Shown here: one piece after another, positions 26,650 through 40,053 of the stretch
How positions within the stretch are numbered: position 1 is the first letter of the stretch
How the letters are laid out: every line of letters begins with the position of its first letter
From: Eledone cirrhosa
Taxonomy: Eukaryota
DNA: 64,000 bases
NCBI GenBank assembly: GCA_964016885.1
Contig: OZ024743.1
Coordinates: forward strand, 40,052,001-40,116,000
Reading direction: 5' to 3'
Notes under the pieces: model-generated
The model's input: the letters and a program-made list of their open reading frames with translations, nothing else
What the model was told of the DNA's origin: nothing
Databases searched by the model: none
Program-made: the position numbers and the translations under genes

Positions 26650-27440
26650 TGATTATATCAGCACGAGATCAGTGTCTGCCAACAAAAAATTACCAAGCCA
26701 ACATAATAAAAAATGGATGCAGCCCATTATACCGTGTATGCAAAAAACAACCAGAGACCATTGACCATATAATTTCAATGTGCAGTCCTATAGCCCCAAC
26801 CGAATACCTAAACAGGCATGACAGAGCTGCACAATACATACATTGGATAATGTGTAAGCATTTTGACCTGCCCCATCAAAAGAATTGGTGGGACCATCAA
26901 CCACCTCCCATACTTGAAAAAGATCACATCTCAATCTTGTGGAAATTTAGCATCCAAACAGACCGAAAAATAGATGCAAATAAACCTGATATAATATTGA
27001 AGGACTTTAAAAAGAGGGTATGCCTGCTAATTGATATGTCTGTTCCAATAGACAAGAATGTATCTATAAAAACATTTGAAAAATTGAGCAAGTATAAGGA
27101 CCTGTAGATAGAAATTGGAAAAATGTGGAAATTGAGAACTAAAACAATACCAGTGGTTGTAGGCGCTCTGGGAATGATACCTAAGGGGTCTAATGATTAC
27201 TTATCACAAATCCCAGGAAACCCGCGTATAGGAGAAATACAAAAGATATTACTAATGGGAACTGCCCATATACTAAGGAAGAATCTGTCAATATAAGTAC
27301 ATCACAAGTCTAAACACTAAAGATGCATGTGTGAGTATGTATGTTCTTTCTTGAACATGGCGGACCTTGTTGTCTCTTGAGGTCACTGGTTGTGACTTGG
27401 TGATAACTCGTATGAACAAAAAGCAAGATAAATGCAACTG
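26650..27440 (+). mobile_element. 5'-truncated R4/Dong-type LINE (subfamily A): CCHC + RLE domain and 3' UTR, ending at (TAA)n
   Basis: RVCKKQPETIDHIISMC...RHD...IHW...KPDIILKD..LIDMSVP...EKLSKYKDL*IEI..IPVVVGALG...GTAHILRK. Confidence 0.88.
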
Positions 27441-27462
27441 TAATAATAATAATAATAATAAT

Positions 27463-29670
27463 AATCACCAGGCCCAGACGGTGTGCAGGGGTATTGGATT
27501 AAAAATATAACATCCCTCCACCCGAAACTGACAATCATGTTCAATGACTGCTTGATGTCAGGTGAGGTACCAGAGTGGTTGACAAAACGTACCACAGTTC
27601 TGATAATGAAAGACCGAATCAAGGGTAATGATATTACCAACTATAGAGCTATCACATGTCTGTCCGTAATGTGGAAACTGTTGACAAGCATTATGTCTGA
27701 GGAAAGCTACCATCACCTCCACACAAACAACTTGTTACCGGACGAACAGAAAGGATGCCGAAAGAAGTCACGTGGTACAAAGGACCAGTTACTTATTGAT
27801 AAAATGGTAATGAGGAATTGCAAGAGGAGACACACTGGTCTTGCCATGGGATGGATAGACTAGAAAAAGGTATTTGACATAGTGCCTCATTCTTGGATAA
27901 CCAAAAGCCTGGAGATCTTCAAGGTGACAGATAACATCAGACAGTTGTTGGGCAAAAGTATGAAGTCCTGGGAAACAGAGTTAACATCAACTGGAGAATC
28001 CTTGGGAAGCGTGAAGATCAAGAGAGGTATCTTCCAGGGAGATAGTCTGTCCCCTCTGTTGTTTGTCCTTGCCCTGATGCCCCTGACCAGTGTACTGCGA
28101 AAAGTGAGAGCAGGATACAGGTTGGGAAAGTGAGGGCTTACCATCAATCACCTCCTCTTCATGGACGATCTTAAGCTCTTCGGGGAGAGTGAGAAGGAGT
28201 TGGGTGTGCGTGTTGACACTGTCCGTATTTTCAGCAATGATATATGTATGCAATTTGGTATTAGTAAGTGTGGAGTCATTGTGATGAAGAGGGGTAAGTT
28301 GAGCAGAAGTAACGGAATCCAGGTACCAACAGGTGAGATGATAAAGGAAATTGACTCTGAAGAAGGATACAAGTATTTGGGCGTTCTGGAGGCTAATGAC
28401 ATCAAGAACAAAAAGATGAAGGAATTGATAAGAACTGAATACATTCGGAGAGTAAGGAGCGTATTAAAGTCACATCTGAACAGTATGAATGCCATAAGTG
28501 CAGTAAATTCCCGAGCTGTGTCTATTATTAGGTACAGTCCGGGAATTCTGAGATGGAATGTTACTGAACAAAAAGAAATGGATAGGAAGACTAGGAAGCT
28601 ATTGACTTCCTACAGCATGTTCCATAAAAGGAGTGATGTCGATAGACTCTACTTGAGGAGATATGAAGGTGGAAGAGGTCTTATCAGCATAGAGGACTAT
28701 GTTCAGATGGAGAAAAACAACCTACACAAATACGTGACTGATAGTAAGGAGCCAATGCTCAGAACTGTACTGAAGGAGGGGACAATAGGCCAGGGGATGT
28801 CCAAGGAGGAAATAACATCAAGGAGAAAGAGCAGCCTTCAGGAAAAATCCCTTCATAGTACCTTCTTTGAGAAAACTAAATTTAGAGATCCACAGACATG
28901 AAACTGGTTGAAAAGAGGAGACCTTAAAAAGGCTACAGAAGGAATATTAATGGCTACGCAGGAGCAGGCAATCAAAACGATGTGGTTGAAACACCATATT
29001 TACAATGAGGCGGCTAGCCCAGTGTGCAGCATCTGTGGAGAGAGAGAGGAGACTGTGGCTCACATTGTATCCGAGTGTAAACACCTAGCCCAGACTCACT
29101 ATAAGGGCTGGAGACATGATGTGATGGGCAGGGTGATCCACTGGCACCTATGCAAAGTAATCAATTTACCACATTCTGAGAAATGGTATGAGCATAAGCC
29201 AGAGGCGCTGATAGAAAACGATCAGGTGAAGGTGCTGTGGGATTTTAGGATACAGACGGACAAGAAACTGGAACACAATAGACCTGACCTGGTGGTTGTG
29301 GACAAATAAAAAAGATGGTGCCTGATTGTGGATGTGGCCTGCCCATTCGATACAAGAGTGCCAGAGAAGGGGAGGGAGAAAATTAACCGATACCAGGACC
29401 TAAAGTGGGAGGTAAAATGGATTTGGAACTGCCATGAAGTCAAAGTGATCCCGATTGGCATAGGCGCACTAGGGACTATCTCAAAAGTTTCCAGGGATGG
29501 TTAAAGAAAATTGGCCCCTTCACGCTTTGTGGAATGCTTCAAAAGGCATGCTTGCTGGGAATAGCAAGAACCGTCCGATACGCCCTGAATATCTGAGGCT
29601 GCAGGTAGTGGCTTGATATTCATTTCAACAAACTTTCCAGTTAAGTAACATCAATAACTGAGACTCAAAG
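27463..29670 (+). mobile_element. 5'-truncated R4/Dong-type LINE (subfamily B) pseudogene: RT, CCHC, RLE
   Basis: SPGPDGVQGYWIK, NYRAITCL, RGIFQGDSLSP, FMDD, CSIC..EETVAHIVSEC and RPDLVVVD, with several premature stops. Bounded by (TAA)n on both sides. Confidence 0.95.
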
Positions 29671-29683
29671 AGTAATAACAATA

Positions 29684-29711
<28 letters not shown>

Positions 29712-29715
<4 letters not shown>

Positions 29716-29752
29716 TTTCTTTATTAACCACAAGGGTTTACATAAAGTAGAT
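29712..29752 (-). mobile_element. Extremely 5'-truncated (~40 bp) Tx1-type LINE 3' end
   Basis: atgatttctttattaaccacaagggtttacataaagtaga is identical to the sequence from ~20688. Confidence 0.8.
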
Positions 29753-29774
29753 ATATATATATAATAATAATTAT

Positions 29775-29807
<33 letters not shown>

Positions 29808-29810
<3 letters not shown>

Positions 29811-30021
29811 TCCAAATCCTTTTTACCTCCCACTTTAAGTCCTGGTATCGGTTAATTTTCTCCCTCTCCTTCTCTTGCACTCTCGTGTCGAATGGGCAGG
29901 CCACATCCACAATCAGGCACGATCTTTTTTCTTTGTCCACAACCACCAGGTCAGGTCTATTGTGTTCTAGTTTCTTGTCCGTCTGTATCCTAAAATCCCA
30001 CAGCACCTTCACCTGATCGTT
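29808..30021 (-). mobile_element. Inverted internal fragment of the Dong subfamily B RLE domain
   Basis: NDQVKVLWDFRIQTDKKLEHNRPDLVVVDKE...KWEVKRIWN on the minus strand, running into (ATT)n. Confidence 0.9.
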
Positions 30022-31124
30022 TAATAGGGAATAATAGCGAATAATAGCGAATAATAGGGAAGAAGACGCACGATGTGGTAGAAGGTCATGAAATCGCTCC
30101 CGTAAGTTTTGAATTTTGAACATATTTAAACCATTTGTGAAATAACAACTCTTAGTACAAATGTTACGTAAAGCATCCGGCTTGAGCCCCAAAAAAATTC
30201 GGACCCAAAATATATTGTTATAAGGCTCAAATATTCAAATATTCAACTTTGTATTGTACATTGTATATTAAAAAAAGAAAATGGCTATAAATGGAAGAAA
30301 AAGACCCACCCTCCTCTGTATACACTATATAGAACAGCCAAACAACACCAATCTCACCAACACCAGAAACCAGATACACCACCTACTCCATCACCTCTCT
30401 GTGTACACTAAACACAACAGCCAGATAACGGCAACTTCACCACCACCACAACCAATCTCAACATAATAATGATAATAATAAATACTATTATTATTGTCCC
30501 AAGTTTTAACAAAATGCTTAATTCCAACATTAAGGGAATTTATGTCAACACATGTACGCGACTAACCCCATAGATTCACCGAACGGACATCAGTAACGCC
30601 AACGCCGCCCATCCATCATTACTACCACTATCCCATCACCGCCGCCACCACTCCTTCATTGCTACCACCGCTACAACACCATCACTACAGTGATACGATC
30701 ACATCACCACCACCACTGCCTCAGTATCGACATCACCATCACCACTGTCTCAGTATCGCTACCGCCGCTATTCTCTCCCATTGCTTCCTGCTAGTTGCTG
30801 CTAGCACAGCACTGCCACCACATTATAGAATTCCTACTAAAAAAGAGGAAGGCATCAAAATATATAGATAGACTCAAAAGAAAAAACAAAAATCAAAACC
30901 AAACCAGCACAGCAACAACAACAAAAAAAAAACAAACAGAGAAAAACAAAAACAAAAAAAACGTAAAGAAAATAAGAATGAAGAGAGAAACAAGCGGACG
31001 GACAGAGAAGAGAAGGGAAAAACTAAGTCAGACATTCGAACACTACATTACAATGAAACTTACGCTTATTCATTTTGGGGGCTTTTTCTGCCTGTTTGTT
31101 TGTTTGTTTGTTTATTTGTGTTCG

Positions 31125-34100
31125 TCTGCAGCGTGGTGATAATGCCACACAAGAGCCAAGTGGATCGACTCAACCACCGGAGACGGTGAATCCGCAGATG
31201 GTGATGTAACCATACATTCGCCAATCCTCGATAAGAGTGTTTAAATATCGAACCTAAAGAGTTGGAATGACGGTGAAATGGAGACTAGAACGTCATGTGA
31301 CAGACTCTCACCCAACAGGTGCTCCCTGGCTCAGCAGCAGGAACCTGGCTGTCAACCAAATACTGCTGGTGTCGGAGGAAGAAGAAAAAGGAAAGGGAAC
31401 AGAACCAACTGGACGAAAGAATTGAATAGAACTGTTATGCAATGTTACCTGAAAAGTATCCCCAAGGGCTATAGGAGACGGATGCATAACATCTGGAACG
31501 AGATTGGTCTATTTAAATTAGATGAACAAAAATTGGCTGGGCAGGCTCGGGTAATAAGAACTAATGGGTGGATAAGCGAGCTGGAACTGGAGGAACTGAG
31601 CAGAGAGATTAGTTTGGAGATGGAGGGTGGAGTATGCCAGGCAAACGAGCCAGTGTGAAATGAAGGTGAAGAGGTCGAGAGAACGGAGGAACCCGAAGCA
31701 GACAATGATCTGAATACTGAGATAAATAATACCTGGACCAGAGATACGGCCACTGAGGAGATGAATGCTGACGGGCTAGGACAAGATTCGGTTGACATCC
31801 TAAATTTAGTGGTAGATGAATTGAACAATGATAGTGGGAGACCTATGAACCTAAGATTTGTAGACAGGAAAAAGTTAAAAGAAACAACAGCTAAGGTAAA
31901 CAAAGTCATCCCATACCTTGAGGCGAGGAGCCCACCAGTGCAACAATATCCTCAAAGCAACAGCAAATACGGTGAGGAAACTACTTGGTATAAAAGCGAG
32001 AGGAAACAACAGACAAGAAACAGCAGAGCCTTGGGGGAAGAAACGACTGAGTGGTCAAATCAGGGAAATGAGAAATAACATTGGAAAGCTTGACTCCCTA
32101 CTGAATGGAACACTAAAAAACATAGGCACTAAAAATAGACTGGAAATAAAGTACAAAACTAGGAGGAAAATGCTAAATATTATCATAGAGGAACTGAAGC
32201 AACGTATTGTAGCAAAGAGTGCAAAAATCAGGCGATACGAGAACAGAGTCAGTCAGTATAAACAGAACCGCATGTTCGACAACAACCAGTAGATGCTGTT
32301 TGGACAGATTGAGGGGAAAGAAAGAGGCAACGACTTGATCCCTGAGGCGGAACAAACTAAAACATTCTAGAGAGGAATATGGGAGCAGGATGTTAGACAT
32401 AATGACCAGGCAGGGTGGATTGAGACAGTACAGAGGGAGATCGGTGAGCAGGCACACCAACAAACTGATTTGAGTATCACAGTTGAAACTCTTAAGGGGC
32501 AGGCCAAAAAACTAACCAACTGGAAATCACCAGGCCCAGATGGTGTGCAGGGGTATTGGATTAAAAATATAACATCCTTCCACCCGAAACTGACAATCAT
32601 GTTCAATGACTGCTTGATGTCAGGTGAGGTACAAGAGTGGTTGACAAAAGGTACCACAGTTCTGATAATGAAAGACCGAATCAAGGGTAATGATGTTACC
32701 AACTATAGACCTATCACATGTCTGTCCGTAATGTGGAAACTGTTGATGAGCATTGTGTCTGAGGAAATCTACCATCACCTCCACACAAACAACTTGTTAC
32801 CGGACGAACAGAAAGGATGCCGAAAGAAGTCACGTGGTACAAAGGACCAGTTACTTATTGATAAGATGGTAATGGGGAATTGCAGGAGGAGACACACTGA
32901 TCTTGTCATGGGATGGATAGACTACAGAAAGGCATTTGACATGGTGCCTCAATCTTGGATCACCAAAAGCCTGGAGATCTTCAAGGTGGCAGATAACATC
33001 AGACAGTTGTTGGGCAAGAGTATGAGTTCCTGGGAAACAGAGTTGACATCAACTGGAGTATCATTGGGAAGCATGAAGATCAAGAGAGGTATCTTCCAGG
33101 GAGATTGCCTGTCCCCTCTGTTGTTTGTACTGCGACCAATGAGAGCAGAATACGGGTTGGGAAAGGGAGGGCTTACCATCAATCACCTCCTCTTCATGGA
33201 CGACCTTAAGCTCTTCGGGAAGAGTGAGAAGGAGTTGGATGTGCTTGTTGACACTGTCCGTATTTTCAGCAGTGATATATGTATGCAGTTTGGTATTAGT
33301 AAGTGTGGAGTCATTGTGATGAGGAGGGGTAAGTTGAGCAGAAGTAACGGAATCCAGATACCAACAGGTGAGATGATAAAGGAAATTGACTCTGAGGAAG
33401 GATACAAGTATTTGGGCGTTCTGGAGGCTGATGGCATAAAGACCAAAAAAATGAAGGAATTGTTAAGAACTGAATACATTCGGAGAGTAAGGAGCGTATT
33501 GAAGTCACATCTGAACAGCAGAAATGCCATAAGCGCAGTAAATTCCCGAGCTGTGTCTATTATTAGGTACAGTCCGGGAATTCTTAGATGGAATGTTACT
33601 GAACAAAAAGAAATGGATAGGAAGACTAGGAAGCTATTGACTATCTACAACATGTTCCACAAGAGGAGTGATGTCGATAGACTCTACCTGAGGAGATCTG
33701 AAGGTGGAAGAGGTCTTATCAGCATAGAGGACTGTGCTCAGATGGAGAAAAACAACCTACACAAATACGTGACTGATAGTAAGGAGCCAATGCTCAGAAC
33801 TGTACTGAAGGAGGGGACAATAGGCCAGGGGATGTCCAAGGAGGAAATAACATCAAGGAGGAAGAGCAGCCTTCAGGAAAAATCCCTTCATAGTACGTTC
33901 TTTGAGAAAACTGAATTTAGAGATCCACAGACATGGAACTGGTTGAGAAGAGGACACCTTAAAAAAGCTACAGAAGGAATGTTAATGGCTGCGCAGGAGC
34001 AGGCCCTCAAAACGAAGTGGTTGAAACACCATATTTACAAGGAGGAGGCTAGCCCACTGTGCAGGATCTGTGGAGAGAGAGGAGACTGTGGGTCACATTG

Positions 34101-34704
34101 TATCCGATTGTAAACACCTAGCCCAGACCCACTATAAGGGCTGGAGACATGATGTGATGGGCAGGGTGATCCACTGGCACCTGTGCAAAGTAAACAATTT
34201 ACCACATTCTGAGAAATGGTATGAGCATAAGCCAGAGGCGGTGATGGAGAACGATCAGGTGAAGGTGCTGTGGGATTTTAGGATACAGACGGACAAGAAA
34301 CTGGAACACAATAGACCTGACCTGGTGGTTGTGGACAAAGAAAAAATATCGTGTCTGATTGTGGATGTGGCCTGCCCATTCGACACGAGAGTGCAAGAGA
34401 AGGGGAGGGAGAAAATTAACCGATACCAGGACTTAAAGTGGGAGGTAAAAAGGATTTGGAACTGCCATGAAGTCAAAGTGATCCTGATTGTCATAGGCGC
34501 ACTGGGGACTATCTCCAAAAGTTTCCAGGGATGGTTAAAGAAAATCGGCCCCTTCACGCTTTTTGGAACGCTTCAAAAGGCATTCTTGCTGGGAACAGCA
34601 AGAACCCTCCGATACGTCCTGAATATCTGAGGCTGCAGGTAGTGGCTTGATATTCATTCCAACGGTCTTTCCAGTTAACTAACATCAATGACTGAGATTC
34701 AAGC

Positions 34705-34705
<1 letters not shown>
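31125..34705 (+). mobile_element. Near full-length R4/Dong-type RLE LINE (subfamily B); single ORF 31278-34630 broken by stops and frameshifts; (TAA)n tail 34705-34755
   Basis: N-terminal WTKELNRTVMQCY...YRRRMHNIW; RT KSPGPDG, DYRKAFD, RGIFQGD and FMDD; CRIC..EETVGHIVSDC; RLE RPD..IVDVACP..EKINRYQDL. Highly similar to 27463-29670. Confidence 0.95.
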
Positions 34706-34756
<51 letters not shown>

Positions 34757-34757
<1 letters not shown>

Positions 34758-36965
34758 AATATTGTGTACAGTGCTCAGGTGCACTACATCACATCACAAA
34801 GTGTATGTATAGTACATAGGGTACAAAGGTCAGGAAAATGAACAGTGCATGAGTCATGATATACACATGTGTGCATGTGTATGGAAGGGGTACATCAGGT
34901 GTAGATTTGTCGAATTTCGGGAAGCATGAGGGTTTTAAGGGATGCAGCTAACTACTGACGCAGCAGTTTGTTCCATGCTTCAGTAGCTCTGAGTGTGAAA
35001 AAATGTTTACGAAAGTCATGGGAGCTGTGCTGTTTTCTGATTTTGTAGGCATGTCCACGTGTGTTAGACACATGAAGATCAAAATGGTGCTCAGAGTTGT
35101 TGTTGGCGAGTTGGTTAATAACTTTGTGGGTGTTTACCAAGTCCATTGCGAGACGTTGGAGCTTCAGTGAATCCATGCCCAGGGAAGCAAAGCGTTCAGA
35201 GTATGGTAGGTGTCTCATGGAGGGTATGCGCTTGGTTGCACGTCTCTGAACAGTTTCCAGGAGGTCAATGTTCTGAGCAAGATAGGGGTTCCAGACTGAT
35301 GATGCGAATTCCAAGTGTGGTCGTACCATAGCTGTATACAGCTTTAAACAGATGACTGGAGAGCGGCTAACAACGGTCTTGCTGGGTGATGCCAAGACAC
35401 CATCGGCATTCTTGATAATCTTAGAGACATTATTTGTCCAAAGTAAATCGCTGCTGACAGTAATGCCCAGGTTACGTTCACAAGGGGACTTCTTGATATC
35501 AGTGTTGAGGAGGGAGTATATGGAAGCTGTATTTTTGCTCCCAAAATGCATGGTGGTACACTTGTCTACAAGCAGCTTCAGTTGCTAGTCTGTGATCCAT
35601 TGATGCATTGTGTCCAGGTCTGATTGTAGGAAAGAGTTGTAGATTTCAGGATCAGTCCTTTTGATTTCAAGGTACAGCTTGATGTCCTCTGCATATTTCA
35701 GTACGTGGCATTCTTTAAGTTGGCATCTAGTCATTAATAGATGCCACAAACAAAAGGGGACCAAGAACAGAACCCTGTGGTACACCAGATGACATCTCAT
35801 ATGATGAAGAATGCTGAACAGTGACTACCTCTTTTCGGCTGAGAATGAAGGATTTCAACCAGTTAAAAAGATCATTCCTCACACCCATTGCAGAGAGTTT
35901 TGCCATAAGTCTTTTGTGTGGCACAGAATTAAAAGCCTTAGCAAAGTCAAGGTAAACAACATCTACCCATGAGCCGCTGTCAAGGAACTCGATAAGCTGA
36001 TCTCAGCAGCTGGAGTTAGGGATAAATCCAAACTTCGAGGGCCGGATGAGGCTGTGAGAGCTCCAGAAGTTCCAAAGTATTTCTCTGATACAGGATTCCA
36101 TCAGTTTGACAATACAGCTAGTAAGACTGACTGGACGATAGTTGACAGGTGACATGCGGTCGCCCTTTTTGAACAGGAGTAGCACCATTTGTTGAGACAG
36201 TATTGAAAGAAGAAAGAAAACTGGTGCAAAAGGAAGTACCCGCAACGTTTGAGAATCAGGTATGTAATACCATCAAGGCCAGGGGAGGCATATTTGCGCT
36301 TATTCTTAAGGTGACGTCGCAATATTGCAGGTGTAAATTCCATAGTTGTTATGGAATTTGATGTTTGAGATGGTGGAGATGGTACATTCTGGTTTTCAAC
36401 AGTAAAAATACTTGCATAGCACTCAGCAATGAGTTCTGCGCATTCTTTGGGATCGTCATTGATCTGGCTTGTGTGGGGATTGCAAAGAGGACAAACTGGA
36501 GAGTGAGGTCTCTGCTTTGAATGAACATATTTCCAGAACAACTTACTGTCAGGATTGGTTGCTAAGCGCTGTTCAAATACAAGCACTGCCTTCTTTGTCA
36601 CTTGCTTGAGATGGTTGGAAGATTTATTACGCTTTTTTCTGTTAGCATCTGATTTGTGCAGTTTATATTACCGTTCAACGTTCCGACGTTCTTTCCTGGC
36701 AAAATTGCAATCCTGGCAAATTGCAAATTGCAAATTGCAAATTGCAAATTGCAATCCTGGCAAAATTGCACTTTTGGGGTGGTGTTTTTCTGCTTACGTG
36801 GCACCGATGCTGAACACGCTATCCATATTGAGTCCAGGATGCTCTGGAGTATAGTGTTCACATCTCAAGAGTTATACAACTCATGCCAGTTTGGGCACTG
36901 TAGCTCAGTGCAAGACAAGTTCCAATCTGCTTTCTTCCAATCAAAGCAAGCAGATTGGAGATGGT
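34757..36965 (-). mobile_element. CR1-clade LINE, 5'-truncated, degenerate RT
   Basis: Minus-strand motifs ASPGLDGI, NYRPVSLTS, YLDFAKAFNSVPH, GVPQGSVLGPLLF, YAED, LYTAMVRPHLEFASSVWNP, QRRATK and TRGH. The 3' end abuts (ATT)n. Confidence 0.9.
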
Positions 36966-37079
36966 TCTGGTTTTTTATATATATGCATATAATATTATTA
37001 GTATTGTTAAAATATCTCAAAAATATGAAATACATATTCATGCAATATTACATGAGTTTGAAATTAATAGAAAATGATT

Positions 37080-37118
37080 TAACACACACACGCACATACA
37101 CACAGGCACACACACACG

Positions 37119-37167
<49 letters not shown>

Positions 37168-37176
37168 CACACACAC

Positions 37177-37240
<64 letters not shown>

Positions 37241-37320
37241 GTGTTTGTGTGTGTTTGTTTGTGTGTGTGTGTGTGCGTGAGTATGTGTGTATGTATGTAT
37301 ATAGTACGTATGTATGTGTT
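37080..37320. repeat. Compound (CA)n-(TA)n-(TG)n microsatellite
   Basis: Directly visible. Confidence 0.95.
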
Positions 37321-37855
37321 TTAATTGTTTGATTGCGTGTGTGTACAAACATACATACATGTTTCATTTGAACATTAAATTTTATTTCAAATTTCAATTT
37401 CTTTTTTCAGACGCATTCGCATCCAAGATACCACGAATTTCATACACATCCATACCTACACTTATTCGAACAAACACACATTAACACTCAATTATAATTC
37501 AATTTGGCGATATACTTTGTTCTAATACGTTTTGTATCAGCTATAGGCAACGACTGTCGAATCGAATTATATGAAATATTTTGCAGAATAAGGAATTATA
37601 ATTTTCACAAGCTTTTTCAAAATGTATTTTTACACCATCCAATGATTTCATAGTTATTTCGTTTGTAATTCTTTTGACATTTTCTACAAACCGACATAAT
37701 GAAATTTTGAATGGCAACCATTTTTATCTGTAAATCTGTGTTTTACTAAAAGAAATAATTAATAATAAATAAACTTGAAATTTATTTACCGAAGACTGAA
37801 ATCAGTACGGGCAAATTGAATATCTCTTCATACTATGTTTTAGGTGTACATAGTG

Positions 37856-37900
<45 letters not shown>

Positions 37901-37982
37901 GTATGTATACATATATATATATATAATCATATATATATATATGTATGTATGTATATACATGTATATACATACATATATATAC

Positions 37983-38088
<106 letters not shown>

Positions 38089-38131
38089 GATATTAAAGAA
38101 ATGGAAATTACATTTATAAAACCATATTTAT

Positions 38132-38191
38132 TTCATTATACATATTTCAGGGATATCATATTAAAAATATGGTATGCCCTCTTCAGATAAA
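38132..38191 (-). ncRNA. Type-I hammerhead ribozyme in the Penelope pLTR
   Basis: Minus strand reads tttat-CTGAAGA-gggcata..tatgatatccct-GAAA-tatgta-TA-atgaa. Confidence 0.8.
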
Positions 38192-39480
38192 ATACAATAT
38201 ATAGACGGCTTTATAAATACATTTGACATACCTTAGAGTTCACAACTTCAATTTAAAAAGTTGTTACGGTAGTGAAAATGTTAAGGACGGTTAGAAAGAA
38301 AGACGGAGAGAAAAAAAAGAAAAAAGGAAAAAGAAAAAGAAGGAGAAAAGAAAAAGAAAGAGCGGAAGGTGAAGAAGATGAAGAAATGTATGTAAAGAGA
38401 AAATCACCAAATGAGAGATCTATGAGGGAAGGGGGTACTGTAATTATTCATTTGTTTATTTATTTATTTAGTGTTAAGGATACGGGGAGAAATAAAAACA
38501 AAATAAAGAGAGGTAGATCGATTAATATCTATTATACGAGGTGGGAGAGATAGGGGAGGGGTGATATATAGGAGATAGAGTTAAAACAACCGATATAAGA
38601 GTAGAAGGGAGGAGGAGAGGAGATATACTTAGAAACAAAAATGATAGTTTTAAAATATTATGTTTCATCAGTCTATCAATTCCTATGAATTATAATGTAA
38701 ACATCAATATTCCTGAATGAGACACATATAAATAATGTGTGAAAAAAATAGTGACTATATGTTTAGTTTAAAAATTCATAGGTTTATAATCAAAATCTGA
38801 GATAAAACCTCAAAAAAATACTGGAATACATAGGTAAATATGTGTTTTCATGAAAAAAGAGAAAAGAGAAAGAAAAAGAGAAGGTTATCTCAAACTGACT
38901 TTATAGACACATGTGAGTTTACATGATCAGCTCTGTAAATTTGTATTTCATATGGAACTCTTCATTGCGTTAAAAAGATTTTACCATACACATAAGTGTA
39001 CATATATATATATACATAAAATATACATTATTAATAAGAATAATATTCTTGCCCTTTCTTACATGATTATCGTACAAGCATAGAATAGAACAGGTATCAA
39101 TATATTAAAATATTAAAAACGCCAAGAATATTTTCCTCCCCAGAATATCTAGGGCCGTAATAAAAACACAGTGTGCCCAGCATATCAATCAATCCCTCCA
39201 ATTTATTTGACAATACTGCCAAGTTTATTAGAAGCAATCAGAGTCAAAAGCAAACAAAACCAAAATTATTCACCAAACTTATTTAGCAGAAATCCTTCAA
39301 AAAAACTCTTATATTTATCTAGCATGAAAATGTTATTCAATAGATTTGGATCATCACCGTTTTAAGGTAGTTTTATTACATTATTAATTATATATTCATG
39401 AAGAAGGTTTAAAGAATTGAAGGAATCGAAAGATTTATCGCCAAGTTTTCTAAAATAATTAAAAGTCTTAAGTAAATATA

Positions 39481-39984
39481 TTACATTTTAAACTTATACT
39501 TATATTTAAAAGTTGAGTTCAATCTATGTCTGCAGCAACTGAATAAATTGGTCCGTAAATTAAGGGGATTTTTAGATTTTAGTATAAAGAATATCTCCTC
39601 TGCGCAGAGGTCACATGTCTCAGAGGAGGAATTAAAAGGAATCCCTCTTGAGACTATATTCCAAACCGTCGAATATCCAACGTTATCATGTTTAAGTTGC
39701 CAGAGTAAGCCTGATAGTGATGTTGAAGATTTTTTGTTTGGATCTGTGAAAGAATTCTTGTGATTATTATAGCGAAGTTTAAATTCTGTCGAGGTGGAAC
39801 CAACATAATTAAAAGAATTTAAGTCAGTTTTAACATTACAGTTGTATATTATATTTTTAACTAAGCAATTGTTATTTAACGGGCATTTAGATCTATCTCT
39901 ACAGTTACAGTTGTTTACTTGAATATTGTTTATGCTATTATCGGTATTTTGGCTAGGTATGTCAAATTTATTAAGGTATGTCAA
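39481..39984 (-). CDS. GIY-YIG endonuclease domain of the Penelope-like element (C-terminal remnant)
   Basis: CNCRDRSKCPLNNNCLVKNIIYNC..FNYVGSTSTEFKLRYNNHKNSF...TSLS...CDLCAEE...CRH. Confidence 0.88.
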   Translation of the reverse strand: MTYLNKFDIPSQNTDNSINNIQVNNCNCRDRSKCPLNNNCLVKNIIYNCNVKTDLNSFNYVGSTSTEFKLRYNNHKNSFTDPNKKSSTSLSGLLWQLKHDNVGYSTVWNIVSRGIPFNSSSETCDLCAEEIFFILKSKNPLNLRTNLFSCCRHRLNSTFKYKYKFKM

Positions 39985-40028
39985 ATTTATTAAGGTATGT
40001 CAAATTTATTAAGGTATGTCAAATTTAT
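39953..40028. repeat. 19-bp tandem repeat (aggtatgtcaaatttatta) x4 at the inversion junction
   Basis: Directly visible. Confidence 0.9.
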
Positions 40029-40053
40029 TTATAAAGCCGTCTATATATTGTAA

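Noticed and set aside
39395-39445. ATGAAGA...aatcGAAAgatttatc HHR-like motif
   Set aside because: It has no UH cleavage site or stem I, and is antisense to the host element.
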